From NCBI RefSeq assembly GCF_003367075.2, contig NZ_CP065936.1:270001-302000 (forward strand): 32,000 nt of DNA, read 5' to 3'. The notes under the pieces are model-generated. The model saw nothing but the letters and a program-made list of their open reading frames with translations. It had not been told where the DNA came from and did no database searches. The first letter of the stretch is position 1. Each line of letters begins with the position of its first letter. The position numbers were made by a program, and so were the translations under genes. Positions 8,990 to 18,263 of the stretch are shown here, one piece after another. The DNA is from Cylindrospermopsis raciborskii Cr2010 (lineage in GTDB: Bacteria > Cyanobacteriota > Cyanobacteriia > Cyanobacteriales > Nostocaceae).

Positions 8990-10111
8990 ATGTCAAACTA
9001 CCAGAGAAATGATCTACCAAATTTACTAGTCACCGGTGGCGCGGGATTCATCGGGTCTAACTTTGTCCTGCATGCTAGAAGGTTAGGCTATGGTAACATA
9101 ATTAATCTAGATAAGCTAACTTATGCCAGTAACCTACAAAACCTGACTGAGATAGAACGGAATGAAAAATATCAAGAGGGTTATAGATTCATTCAAGGAG
9201 ATATTGGTAACTCTGAGCTAGTGAGTTACCTATTAGAAGAGTATGAAGTAGATGCAGTCATAAATTTTGCAGCAGAAACACATGTTGATCGTTCTATTTT
9301 TAGTCCGGGGAATTTTATTGAAACTAATGTAGTTGGAACCTTTAAGCTTCTGGAAGCCAGTAAAACCTACTGGCAAAAACTGTCATCTAAAAAACAGGAA
9401 TCCTTCCGATTTTTACATATATCCACAGATGAAGTGTATGGTTCTTTAAATGCTGAAGATACAGCTTTTCGAGAAGATAGCCAATATGCGCCTAACAGTC
9501 CCTATGCAGCATCTAAAGCATCCGCAGATCATCTTGTTCGTTCTTACCATCATACCTATGGACTACCGACCTTAACGACCAATTGTTCTAATAATTATGG
9601 ACCATTACAATTTCCTGAAAAACTGATTCCCTTAATGATTATCAACGCTATAAATGGTAAGCCCCTACCCATATATGGTGATGGTCAAAACATCCGGGAT
9701 TGGTTATATGTCACAGATCACTGTGATGCCATTTATCTAGTTCTGCAAGAGGGTAGAATTGGTGAAAATTATAATATTGGGGGAATGAATGAACAAACGA
9801 ACTTAGTAGTTGTGAACAAGATTTGTGAGATCTTGGAAAGACTAGCGCCCAAACCCAACTGTGAATACTCATCCCTAATTACCTTTATTAAAGACCGTCC
9901 TGGTCATGACCGTCGGTATGCGATTGATTGTAGTAAAATTGCCAAAGAATTAGGTTGGCAACCCAAAGAGAACTTTGAGAGTGGATTAATCAAAACAGTG
10001 CGTTGGTATCTAGATAATGCAGCCTGGGTAGAATCTATCCTTAGTGGAGCATACCAAAACTGGATCAAACAGAACTATGAATCTCGTGAAACATCACAGT
10101 TAAAGGGGTAA
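8990..10111 (+). CDS. rfbB: dTDP-glucose 4,6-dehydratase
   Basis: 373 aa. SDR fold motifs [11 protein letters not shown] and [10 protein letters not shown] (YxxxK). First gene of an rfbBACD cluster. Confidence 0.95.
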   Translation: MSNYQRNDLPNLLVTGGAGFIGSNFVLHARRLGYGNIINLDKLTYASNLQNLTEIERNEKYQEGYRFIQGDIGNSELVSYLLEEYEVDAVINFAAETHVDRSIFSPGNFIETNVVGTFKLLEASKTYWQKLSSKKQESFRFLHISTDEVYGSLNAEDTAFREDSQYAPNSPYAASKASADHLVRSYHHTYGLPTLTTNCSNNYGPLQFPEKLIPLMIINAINGKPLPIYGDGQNIRDWLYVTDHCDAIYLVLQEGRIGENYNIGGMNEQTNLVVVNKICEILERLAPKPNCEYSSLITFIKDRPGHDRRYAIDCSKIAKELGWQPKENFESGLIKTVRWYLDNAAWVESILSGAYQNWIKQNYESRETSQLKG

Positions 10112-10113
10112 CA

Positions 10114-10995
10114 ATGAAAGGAATTATTCTAGCAGGTGGTTCAGGGACAAGACTTTATCCCCTGACTCAGGTAGTTAGTAAACAGCTGATGTCTGTTTAT
10201 GACAAGCCCATGATTTACTATCCTTTATCCGTACTAATGTTAGCGGGAATCAAAGAAATTTTGATTATTTCTACACCCAGAGACTTGCCACTATTTGAAA
10301 AACTGTTGAAGGATGGTAGTCAATGGGGATTAAAGTTTAGTTATGTGGAGCAACCAAAACCAGAAGGATTGGCCCAGGCTTTTATTTTGGGGAAGGACTT
10401 CATCAAAAACCAGCCCGTTTGTTTGATTTTAGGAGATAATATATTTTATGGACATGGGTTAACAGAAATTTTAACTCGTGCTGTGCAACTAGAGCATGGA
10501 GGGTTAGTATTTGGTTATAAAGTCACCCAACCAGAAAACTATGGTGTGATTGAATTTAACCATTTAGGAAAGGCAATTAGTATTGAAGAAAAACCAAAAA
10601 TTCCCAAATCAAAATATGCTGTTCCTGGCATTTATTTTTATGATGATCAGGTAGTAGAAATCGCTACTAGTTTAAAACCTTCTGCGCGGGGTGAATTAGA
10701 AATTACAGATATCAATTTGACCTATCTCCGACAAGAGCAATTAAGGGTGGAAATTTTGGGACGTGGATATGCTTGGTTAGATACGGGTACCCATGATTCC
10801 TTACATAAAGCTAGTAATTTCATTTATACTTTAGAAGAAAGACAGGGGGTAAAAATTGCCTGCATTGAGGAAATTGCCTACAATCAGGGATATATTGATC
10901 GTCCCCAACTCCAGTTCTTAGTAGATTCTATGGGTAAAAGTAGTTATGGGATGTATTTGCGACGAATTTTACAAGATGAAATTACTTTTAAATAG
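10114..10995 (+). CDS. rfbA: Glucose-1-phosphate thymidylyltransferase
   Basis: 293 aa. N-terminal [16 protein letters not shown] nucleotidyltransferase motif. Starts 2 nt after the rfbB stop. Confidence 0.95.
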   Translation: MKGIILAGGSGTRLYPLTQVVSKQLMSVYDKPMIYYPLSVLMLAGIKEILIISTPRDLPLFEKLLKDGSQWGLKFSYVEQPKPEGLAQAFILGKDFIKNQPVCLILGDNIFYGHGLTEILTRAVQLEHGGLVFGYKVTQPENYGVIEFNHLGKAISIEEKPKIPKSKYAVPGIYFYDDQVVEIATSLKPSARGELEITDINLTYLRQEQLRVEILGRGYAWLDTGTHDSLHKASNFIYTLEERQGVKIACIEEIAYNQGYIDRPQLQFLVDSMGKSSYGMYLRRILQDEITFK

Positions 10996-11046
10996 TGTTT
11001 GTTAAACAATCAAATTTAAACAATCAAATAAACCCAAGAGAATTTT

Positions 11047-11592
11047 ATGAAAGTAAGCAAGACAGAAATTCCAGACGTGCTACTAATTGAACCACAGGTT
11101 TTTGGTGATGAGCGAGGTTTTTTCTATGAGAGTTTTAATGAAAAGCTCTTTACAGAAAAAACGGGAATATCTCCTCACTTTGTTCAGGATAATCACTCTC
11201 GCTCTGGCAAAAATGTGCTGCGAGGGTTACACTATCAGATTCAGCAACCGCAAGGAAAATTAGTTCGTGTTGCAGCTGGTGAAGTTTTTGATATTGCTGT
11301 GGATTTAAGGAAGAGTTCCCCTACCTTTTCTCAATGGGTAGGTGTGTATTTATCATCAGCTAATAAGCATCAACTTTGGATTCCACCGGGTTTTGCCCAT
11401 GGTTTTTTAGTTCTATCAGAATATGCAGATTTCTTGTATAAAACTACGGATTATTATGCACCAGAATATGACCGAGGTATTTTATGGAACGATCCAGATT
11501 TAGCTATTTCTTGGCCAATTGGGGATGAACCAATTGTTTCCTCCAAGGATAAATCTGGAAAATTATTTTTCCAAGTGGAGGTTTACCCATGA
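11047..11592 (+). CDS. rfbC: dTDP-4-dehydrorhamnose 3,5-epimerase
   Basis: 181 aa cupin with FGDERGFF and RGLHYQ motifs. Confidence 0.95.
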   Translation: MKVSKTEIPDVLLIEPQVFGDERGFFYESFNEKLFTEKTGISPHFVQDNHSRSGKNVLRGLHYQIQQPQGKLVRVAAGEVFDIAVDLRKSSPTFSQWVGVYLSSANKHQLWIPPGFAHGFLVLSEYADFLYKTTDYYAPEYDRGILWNDPDLAISWPIGDEPIVSSKDKSGKLFFQVEVYP

Positions 11593-12500
11593 AAATTCTT
11601 TTAACTGGTATTTCTGGTCAGGTAGGTTGGGAATTACAACGCAGTTTGATGACTGTGGGGGATGTGATTTGTTTAGGGAGAAATGAATTAGACTTATCCC
11701 GATATGAAACAATTCCCTCCACAATTAGGGAGATAAAACCAGATTTAATTGTCAATCCTGCTGCTTATACTGCGGTGGATAAAGCAGAATCAGAACCAGA
11801 TTTAGCTATGTCTATTAATGGTGTTGCTCCCGGTATTCTTGCTGAGGAAGCAAAAAGGTTAGGAGCTGGTATCATTCACTATTCTACCGATTATGTTTTT
11901 GATGGCCATCAAAATATTCCCCATAAGGAAAACGACCAAACCTCTCCACAAAATGTCTATGGAAAAACTAAGTTAGCAGGGGAAAAAGCTATTCAAGCTG
12001 TTGGCGTAAATCACCTGATTTTTCGTACTAGTTGGGTTTATGGTTTAAGAGGTAAGAATTTTTTATTGACTATGCAAAGATTAGCCAAAGAAAGAGAAGA
12101 AATTCGAGTGGTTGATGACCAAATTGGGTCACCTACTTGGAGCAGGATGATCGCAGAAGTAACCGCCCAAATCATTGCCCAAATTCGCGGTCAAATGGTG
12201 ATTTCAGGTACTAGTTATCTGGCTGATTTTATGGCTGAGAAAGGGGGGATATATCACCTATCCTGTGGGGGAAAAACCAGTTGGTACAGTTTTGCCAAAG
12301 CTATTCTCATCGATAAATTTGCTGATGATCAATATGGTCAATACAAGTTACAAAGGTTAGTGCCAATCACTACACCAGAATACCCCACACCCGCACCCAG
12401 ACCTAGTTGTTCTCTATTGGATAACCAAAAATTATTGGATACTTTTGGTTTGAAAATATCAAATTGGCAAGAGGTTTTAGATTTGGCTCTGGATAGTTAG
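11589..12500 (+). CDS. rfbD: dTDP-4-dehydrorhamnose reductase
   Basis: 303 aa. ILLTGISGQVG Rossmann motif and YGKTKLAGE (YxxxK). ATGA start/stop overlap with rfbC. Confidence 0.93.
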   Translation: MKILLTGISGQVGWELQRSLMTVGDVICLGRNELDLSRYETIPSTIREIKPDLIVNPAAYTAVDKAESEPDLAMSINGVAPGILAEEAKRLGAGIIHYSTDYVFDGHQNIPHKENDQTSPQNVYGKTKLAGEKAIQAVGVNHLIFRTSWVYGLRGKNFLLTMQRLAKEREEIRVVDDQIGSPTWSRMIAEVTAQIIAQIRGQMVISGTSYLADFMAEKGGIYHLSCGGKTSWYSFAKAILIDKFADDQYGQYKLQRLVPITTPEYPTPAPRPSCSLLDNQKLLDTFGLKISNWQEVLDLALDS

Positions 12501-12516
12501 TTTAATAATCTTTCTT

Positions 12517-14085
12517 TTAGTCTTGATCCTCCTCCTCTAAATCCAAATCGCTATTTTCTAAAGCCTGATGGGGAATAGCTGCTATAATAGCATCTATAAC
12601 TTTAGAAACTTCTAATATTTCTATCTTTAAGTCAGGAAACTTCTGTCCCTTGGGTATGATTGCTCGTTTAAATCCTAATTTTGCAGCTTCCTTTAATCTC
12701 AGCTCCATTTGGGACACTGACCTTACTTGTCCCCCTAACCCTACTTCCCCTATTAATACTGTTTGCGGATCAACTATTCTATCTCGAAAACTAGCAACAA
12801 TCGCAACTGCAATCCCTAAATCAACCGCAGGTTCTTCTACGCTTAAACCTCCCGCAGATGCAACATAAGAATCTAGCTTTGACATGGGCACCCCCACTCT
12901 TTTTTCTAACACAGCTAGGATTTGTACTAATCGGTTAAAGTCTATGCCTGTTCCAGCTCTACGGGGTGAAGGGTAACTTGTAGGACTAACTAAGGCTTGT
13001 AGTTCCACAACTATTGGTCTTGTACCCTCACAAGCAACTACAATAGCAGTACCGGGAGAGGGTTCATCCCGATTTCCCAGGAATAACTCCGAGGGATTAG
13101 GGACTTCTCTTAACCCATTAGACACCATTTCAAATATACCAATTTCATGGGTAGCTCCGAAACGATTTTTTACGGTTCTTAATAATCTATGGGAAGCAAA
13201 GCGATCGCCCTCAAAATATAAAACCGTATCGACTAGGTGTTCTAAAACTCTTGGTCCAGCAATAGTCCCCTCTTTAGTAACATGACCCACAATTAACATG
13301 GTAATATCTTCATGTTTGGCGACTTTCATCAAAGCTGCGGTACATTCCCGAACTTGAGCTACGGAACCAGGAGCAGATGTGAGTGCAGGAAAGAAAACAG
13401 TTTGTATACTGTCAATTACTGCTAGATTTGGCTTGAGAGAGTCAATTTCTCGGAGAATTTCTTCTAAATCTGTTTCCGGAAGGACATACAAGTCAGAGCT
13501 GATGGTGTGGTGTTCCACGGTAACCCTCTGGTCATCTTCCACAGCATCCTCAACATTATTCCCCGGATCTTGTTCAGGTAGTGGGTGAGAACTTTCCGAG
13601 CTTGTGTTGATATCCTCTACGGAAACCACCTGGAGAGGTTTGGACATTCCTAAACGAGAAGCGCGTAATTTTACCTGTTGTCCTGATTCTTCTCCCGTCA
13701 CATAAAGAATACGGTATCGCTGGGATAGTTCATTAGATACTTGGAGTAATAGGGTAGATTTGCCAATACCCGGATCTCCACCAATGAGAACCATAGATCC
13801 GGGAACTACACCACCACCAAGTACTCTATCCAACTCCGAATATCCCGATTCCCATCGAGCAATTTGGCGATCGCTAATTTGGTCAAAAGTCAATGATGCT
13901 CTGGGTTTAGAAGGCTTAGTGGATTTAGCAGCTGGTTGAGCGCTGTGCCAACCACCCACACCTAAGGAATTGGCATTTTGTTCCACGAGAGAATCATAGG
14001 TGTCACAATTAGAACATTTGCCAAACCATTGGGAGAACTCAGACCCACAATTACTGCAAATAAAAATCGTCTTTGGCTTTGCCAT
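12517..14085 (-). CDS. radA: DNA repair protein RadA/Sms
   Basis: 522 aa. N-terminal zinc finger CSNCGSEFSQWFGKCSNC, Walker A GGDPGIGKST, the RadA-specific KNRFG motif, and a C-terminal Lon-protease-like domain. Confidence 0.97.
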   Translation of the reverse strand: MAKPKTIFICSNCGSEFSQWFGKCSNCDTYDSLVEQNANSLGVGGWHSAQPAAKSTKPSKPRASLTFDQISDRQIARWESGYSELDRVLGGGVVPGSMVLIGGDPGIGKSTLLLQVSNELSQRYRILYVTGEESGQQVKLRASRLGMSKPLQVVSVEDINTSSESSHPLPEQDPGNNVEDAVEDDQRVTVEHHTISSDLYVLPETDLEEILREIDSLKPNLAVIDSIQTVFFPALTSAPGSVAQVRECTAALMKVAKHEDITMLIVGHVTKEGTIAGPRVLEHLVDTVLYFEGDRFASHRLLRTVKNRFGATHEIGIFEMVSNGLREVPNPSELFLGNRDEPSPGTAIVVACEGTRPIVVELQALVSPTSYPSPRRAGTGIDFNRLVQILAVLEKRVGVPMSKLDSYVASAGGLSVEEPAVDLGIAVAIVASFRDRIVDPQTVLIGEVGLGGQVRSVSQMELRLKEAAKLGFKRAIIPKGQKFPDLKIEILEVSKVIDAIIAAIPHQALENSDLDLEEEDQD

Positions 14086-14264
14086 GGGTAATATTAAAAA
14101 ACATTAAAATTTGGTCAGGTGCAAGAAAAGGTAAAAGAAGCAAAACTGGTAGGTAGTAGAAATTGCTTTTTTAGCTTTTTTGAATTAATAGGTAGAATGA
14201 TATCTTAATATTATGTATGGTATGAAAATTCCACAAAACAAAATTTAACGGAGAGTAGGAAAAC

Positions 14265-14993
14265 TTGGAAAGTAATAAGGAAAAAATCCTCGTAGTGGAC
14301 GATGAAGCAAGCATTCGGCGGATTTTAGAAACACGCCTTTCCATGATTGGTTATGATGTGGTAACTGCAGGTGATGGAGAAGAGGCTTTGGAAACCTTCC
14401 GCAAAGCGGATCCAGATCTGGTAGTTTTAGACGTGATGATGCCTAAGTTAGATGGTTATGGAGTATGTCAAGAGCTGCGTAAGGAGTCCGATGTCCCCAT
14501 TATCATGCTAACAGCTTTAGGGGATGTAGCTGATCGGATCACAGGTTTAGAATTAGGTGCAGATGACTACGTAGTCAAACCCTTCTCCCCCAAGGAACTG
14601 GAAGCGCGGATTCGTTCAGTTTTACGTAGGGTTGATAAAAATGGGACTACTGGTATTCCCAGTTCCGGGGTAATTCATGTTGGCAACATCAAAATAGATA
14701 CAAATAAGCGACAAGTTTATAAAGGTGATGAACGGATTCGACTAACTGGTATGGAATTTAGTCTATTAGAATTATTAGTAAGTCGTTCTGGAGAGGCATT
14801 TTCCCGTTCTGAGATTTTACAAGAGGTGTGGGGATATACACCAGAGCGTCACGTAGATACTCGGGTGGTAGATGTTCATATTTCTCGGTTGCGAGCTAAA
14901 TTAGAAGATGATCCCAGTAATCCAGAATTAATCTTAACTGCGAGGGGAACAGGTTATCTTTTTCAACGCATCCTAGAAGCAGGGGAAGATTGA
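14265..14993 (+). CDS. rpaB: OmpR-family response regulator RpaB (Ycf27 type)
   Basis: 242 aa. KILVVDDEASIRRILETRLSMIGY…VVLDVMMPKLDG receiver domain plus a winged-helix output domain, closely matching my memory of RpaB. TTG is the only start that preserves the receiver N-terminus (in-frame TAG at 14256-14258). Confidence 0.9.
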   Translation: MESNKEKILVVDDEASIRRILETRLSMIGYDVVTAGDGEEALETFRKADPDLVVLDVMMPKLDGYGVCQELRKESDVPIIMLTALGDVADRITGLELGADDYVVKPFSPKELEARIRSVLRRVDKNGTTGIPSSGVIHVGNIKIDTNKRQVYKGDERIRLTGMEFSLLELLVSRSGEAFSRSEILQEVWGYTPERHVDTRVVDVHISRLRAKLEDDPSNPELILTARGTGYLFQRILEAGED

Positions 14994-15655
14994 TGACTAC
15001 TAAATCTGATCCAAACAGAATTTTACGCCTTCTCCCCCTAGTAGTTGGAAGTCTGGGTGCTGTGTTGTTGTTGGTGAATCGTGTGTTGACACCCCAGCTT
15101 ACAGAATCTCAAGCTAGGGGTGATGTTTTGGGGGTGATCCTCAGTGCGGTTTTAATCCTCACTGGACTAATTTGGCAACAAGTACAACCCAAATCCCCTG
15201 ATACTGTGGAACTGATTGGGAAAGAAGGATTTATTCTAGCATCAGATTTACCAGAAACAATCAAGACCGAATTGGCTTGGGCATCCCGTTTATTATTAAC
15301 TAATACAGTTACGCGATCGCTCGTTGTTTATTATAAAGGTGAGGTTCTGTTAAGACGTGGAATTTTAGGTTCTAAAGCAGAGGTAATACCTGGACCCATA
15401 CTAGAAAGAGTTCTGGGGACTCAAAAACCAATTTATTTAGTTGCGCTCAGGGTTTACCCTGGCAAAATTGAATTTGATTATTTACCGGAAAACACACAAG
15501 GGGTAATTTGTCAACCTATTGGTAAAGAGGGGGTACTAATCCTAGGAGCAAATGCTCCCCGTAGTTATACGAAACAGGATGAAAATTGGATTGAGGGTAT
15601 TGCGGACAAATTAGCAGTTACCCTGGAAAACCGAATGGAGCAGCAGTCAAGCTAA
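14993..15655 (+). CDS. Two-TM membrane protein, tentatively DUF2930 / CCB2-CCB4-like (cofactor assembly of complex C, cytochrome b6f)
   Basis: 220 aa from the ATG at 14993 (the ORF track starts one codon earlier at a TTG). Two N-terminal TM helices followed by a soluble domain. TGATG stop/start overlap with rpaB. The family assignment is from memory of the architecture only. Confidence 0.5.
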   Translation: MTTKSDPNRILRLLPLVVGSLGAVLLLVNRVLTPQLTESQARGDVLGVILSAVLILTGLIWQQVQPKSPDTVELIGKEGFILASDLPETIKTELAWASRLLLTNTVTRSLVVYYKGEVLLRRGILGSKAEVIPGPILERVLGTQKPIYLVALRVYPGKIEFDYLPENTQGVICQPIGKEGVLILGANAPRSYTKQDENWIEGIADKLAVTLENRMEQQSS

Positions 15656-17095
15656 TATGGTTGAAGGTTTAGTTTGAGGTGATAAGCGTTTAACACCCTG
15701 CTTGACAAATATTTCCCATAATGCCAAAGTCTGATTTTCTTGAAATACCCTTTGTAGCACTCGACCTAGTGTTTCCATATTTAACTGGTAGTCAGTTGTT
15801 AAAGCTATGTCTTGCTGTTCAAAGTACTCAATTAAACTTAAACCAGCTATTTTAGTTAAATAGGCCGCGCTGACACCTTCTACCATCCCCCCAGCGAAAA
15901 AGGTAACAGCATTGGTTTTTAAAATACCCGTTACTGCTTTGGTAGATAATTCCACCAGTCCCAACTTGAACATTAGGGTTGCAAGGGTTCTAGCTACTGT
16001 TTGGGCCTGATCGAGGGAGATTTTTTGTTGATAGATATTACCTAAATCCATAACCATTTGACCGGTAATGGCCACAGTTGCTAATATATCCAGAGCGGGT
16101 AGGGGATTAGCAAATGCAGCAGCACCAGCGATCCACTGATTTTGTTCTACAATAGGTAAAGAGCGATCGCGTCTAATAGAATTCAAGCAATTTCTAGCTT
16201 GGGTTTTTAAAAATAGGGACTTACGCCATGTGGTTGCACAAACCAACTGTGGTGCTTGTTGTGCCAAAATCACCTTGAGCTGTTCTACCAACTGTTGAAT
16301 ATTGGCTGTGGGTTGTTCCATACCCTCTTGAATGGATCCATCAGCAAGATGCTTTCTGACCTTTATGGGTAGGGGAGAAGCAGAAATAGGGAGCACATGA
16401 CCGGGGAATGTTTGTTGCAGGGACTGGAGAATAATCGCGCGTTCCTCAGTCATATACTGGTCTTGCTTATTAAAAACTAGTAGAACTAATTGTTGAGTAG
16501 ATCGTAATTTTTGCAAAACGTCTAGTTGGGATGCGGTAAGGTCTCCATTAGTGACAAATAGCACCAAATCAGAGTTTTGTAGTCCTAACAAAATAGCAGC
16601 ATCACCATCCTGACCGAGTTCCGTAAATAAAGGTGATGTTTCCACCAACTCTAAGGGATTAGCAGATAAATTAGATACAGTTTTGAGGAGATGAATTATG
16701 GTACTTTTGCCTACAGACTTACCACCGGTAACCGCCATTTGGACTTCCTTTCTATCTAGCTCCAAAGTCAATTTGGCCAGTTGTTCTTGTAGAGTTGACA
16801 GACTGGGGTGATCAGCTACCTCATTGGCGATTTGGTGAATAATAGATTGGGTTTGACTGATAACAGCTTCCACCTTATTTCTATCTGGTGGACTATCATG
16901 TAGCTGTTCACCGGGTTGATTTTTGCGCAACAACCATAATCCTCCACCAACTGCTAAAGCACCTAACAAACCCAACTCTGCCATTTGTATGATAGAGTCG
17001 TGCCAAGTGTTTAACATCCATAGAGAAAAGGATAATCCTAATCCTCCCACTAATATTGGTTTTTGTAAGTTCACAGTTGCCATTCTCCCGAGCAT
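15647..17095 (-). CDS. Membrane-anchored P-loop GTPase-like protein with a DUF697-like C-terminal domain
   Basis: 482 aa. Two N-terminal TM helices, Walker A GGKSVGKST, a G4-like NKQD, and a C-terminal hydrophobic/amphipathic region resembling DUF697 (YcjF-like). A second ATG lies at 17083. Confidence 0.7.
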   Translation of the reverse strand: MLGRMATVNLQKPILVGGLGLSFSLWMLNTWHDSIIQMAELGLLGALAVGGGLWLLRKNQPGEQLHDSPPDRNKVEAVISQTQSIIHQIANEVADHPSLSTLQEQLAKLTLELDRKEVQMAVTGGKSVGKSTIIHLLKTVSNLSANPLELVETSPLFTELGQDGDAAILLGLQNSDLVLFVTNGDLTASQLDVLQKLRSTQQLVLLVFNKQDQYMTEERAIILQSLQQTFPGHVLPISASPLPIKVRKHLADGSIQEGMEQPTANIQQLVEQLKVILAQQAPQLVCATTWRKSLFLKTQARNCLNSIRRDRSLPIVEQNQWIAGAAAFANPLPALDILATVAITGQMVMDLGNIYQQKISLDQAQTVARTLATLMFKLGLVELSTKAVTGILKTNAVTFFAGGMVEGVSAAYLTKIAGLSLIEYFEQQDIALTTDYQLNMETLGRVLQRVFQENQTLALWEIFVKQGVKRLSPQTKPSTILA

Positions 17096-17158
17096 TATTT
17101 TTTAGAATATCTCAAAATCAACCACTAAAGTGATTTCCAGTGGCAATTCCGGTAGTTG

Positions 17159-18199
17159 CTATGGATTTTTTGATAACTGTTTAAAGAAATTATATATCTC
17201 TGGCAACCTGCTATATACAGCAGATACCTTTAAATAGAGTTTATGAGGGAGAGCAGGTGAACCTGAGACTATTTCTCCCGGTGCAATATCGCCATGAACA
17301 CCAGCTTGGGCGCTAACAATTGCTCCATCCCCTATTTTTACCTGATTGGCAATTCCCGTTTGTCCCGCTAGAATGACCCGGTTCCCCACTTTTACACCCC
17401 CAGCTATTCCCGCTTGACCAGCAATAGCACAACCTGAACCAATTTGACAACCGTGACCAATTTGCACTAAATTGTCAATTTTAGTGTGTTTACCAATACG
17501 TGTTTCCCCCACCGCTGGACGATCCACCGCACTGTTACAACCTATTTCCACCCCATCCTCCAATACTGTATAACCAGACTGTTCCATTTTTAACCAGCCT
17601 GTTGTAGTGGGAACAAAACCAAATCCTTCAGCACCAATCACAGTACCACTGTGGATTACACAGTCCGCACCAATTTGACTGCGTTCATGAATGGCACAAT
17701 TGGCATGTAAAACCGTGCGATCGCCTATTTTTACATCTGGATAAATAACTACATTGGGATAAATAAAGACACCATTACCAATTTCTGTATTAGCAAGTAT
17801 GACTACATGGGGGCCAATATAGACATGATCACCGATTTTAACACTAGGGTCAATTACAGCGGTGGGGTGAATGGAGGGGGAGGGTTTATATGGTTGATAG
17901 AATAGGGAGATAGTCTGTGCAAACAATAGACGGGGTTGGGGGGTTGCTAACCAGGCCATACCCTGAGCAGTAGCTTGCTGATGCAATTTTTCATCTAGGG
18001 GTAAAATCAACACACTAGCTTTTGTGGAGGTAAGCAAGGAGGCAAATTTTGGTCCTTCCACATAGCTGATAGTACCCGCTTGTGCTTCGTCTATAGCAGC
18101 AACTCCCCTAATTTCAGGATTCAGTTCTGGGTGGGAGGTCAAACTGTGGGATGTAATATTGTTTTGGAGTTTATCCACAACTTGGCTGAAAGATATCAT
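17159..18199 (-). CDS. lpxD: UDP-3-O-(3-hydroxyacyl)glucosamine N-acyltransferase
   Basis: 346 aa. N-terminal LpxD-type domain followed by long left-handed beta-helix hexapeptide repeats (…IGDHVYIGPHVVI…IGDRTVLHANCAIH…). Confidence 0.93.
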   Translation of the reverse strand: MISFSQVVDKLQNNITSHSLTSHPELNPEIRGVAAIDEAQAGTISYVEGPKFASLLTSTKASVLILPLDEKLHQQATAQGMAWLATPQPRLLFAQTISLFYQPYKPSPSIHPTAVIDPSVKIGDHVYIGPHVVILANTEIGNGVFIYPNVVIYPDVKIGDRTVLHANCAIHERSQIGADCVIHSGTVIGAEGFGFVPTTTGWLKMEQSGYTVLEDGVEIGCNSAVDRPAVGETRIGKHTKIDNLVQIGHGCQIGSGCAIAGQAGIAGGVKVGNRVILAGQTGIANQVKIGDGAIVSAQAGVHGDIAPGEIVSGSPALPHKLYLKVSAVYSRLPEIYNFFKQLSKNP

Positions 18200-18263
18200 A
18201 ATTTGACAGATGTTATTTTATTACCTTGTTAATAATTACCTATTATAACTCATCCTCTTGTAT

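Noticed and set aside
12650-13588. Plus-strand ORFs 12650..12868 and 13379..13588 antisense to radA
   Set aside because: Shadow frames inside a confidently identified gene.
14213-14248. 11-codon upstream ORF (MYGMKIPQNKI) in the rpaB leader
   Set aside because: It is very short, has no SD, sits in AT-rich sequence where such ORFs arise by chance, and may lie upstream of the TSS. There is not enough evidence for a leader peptide.
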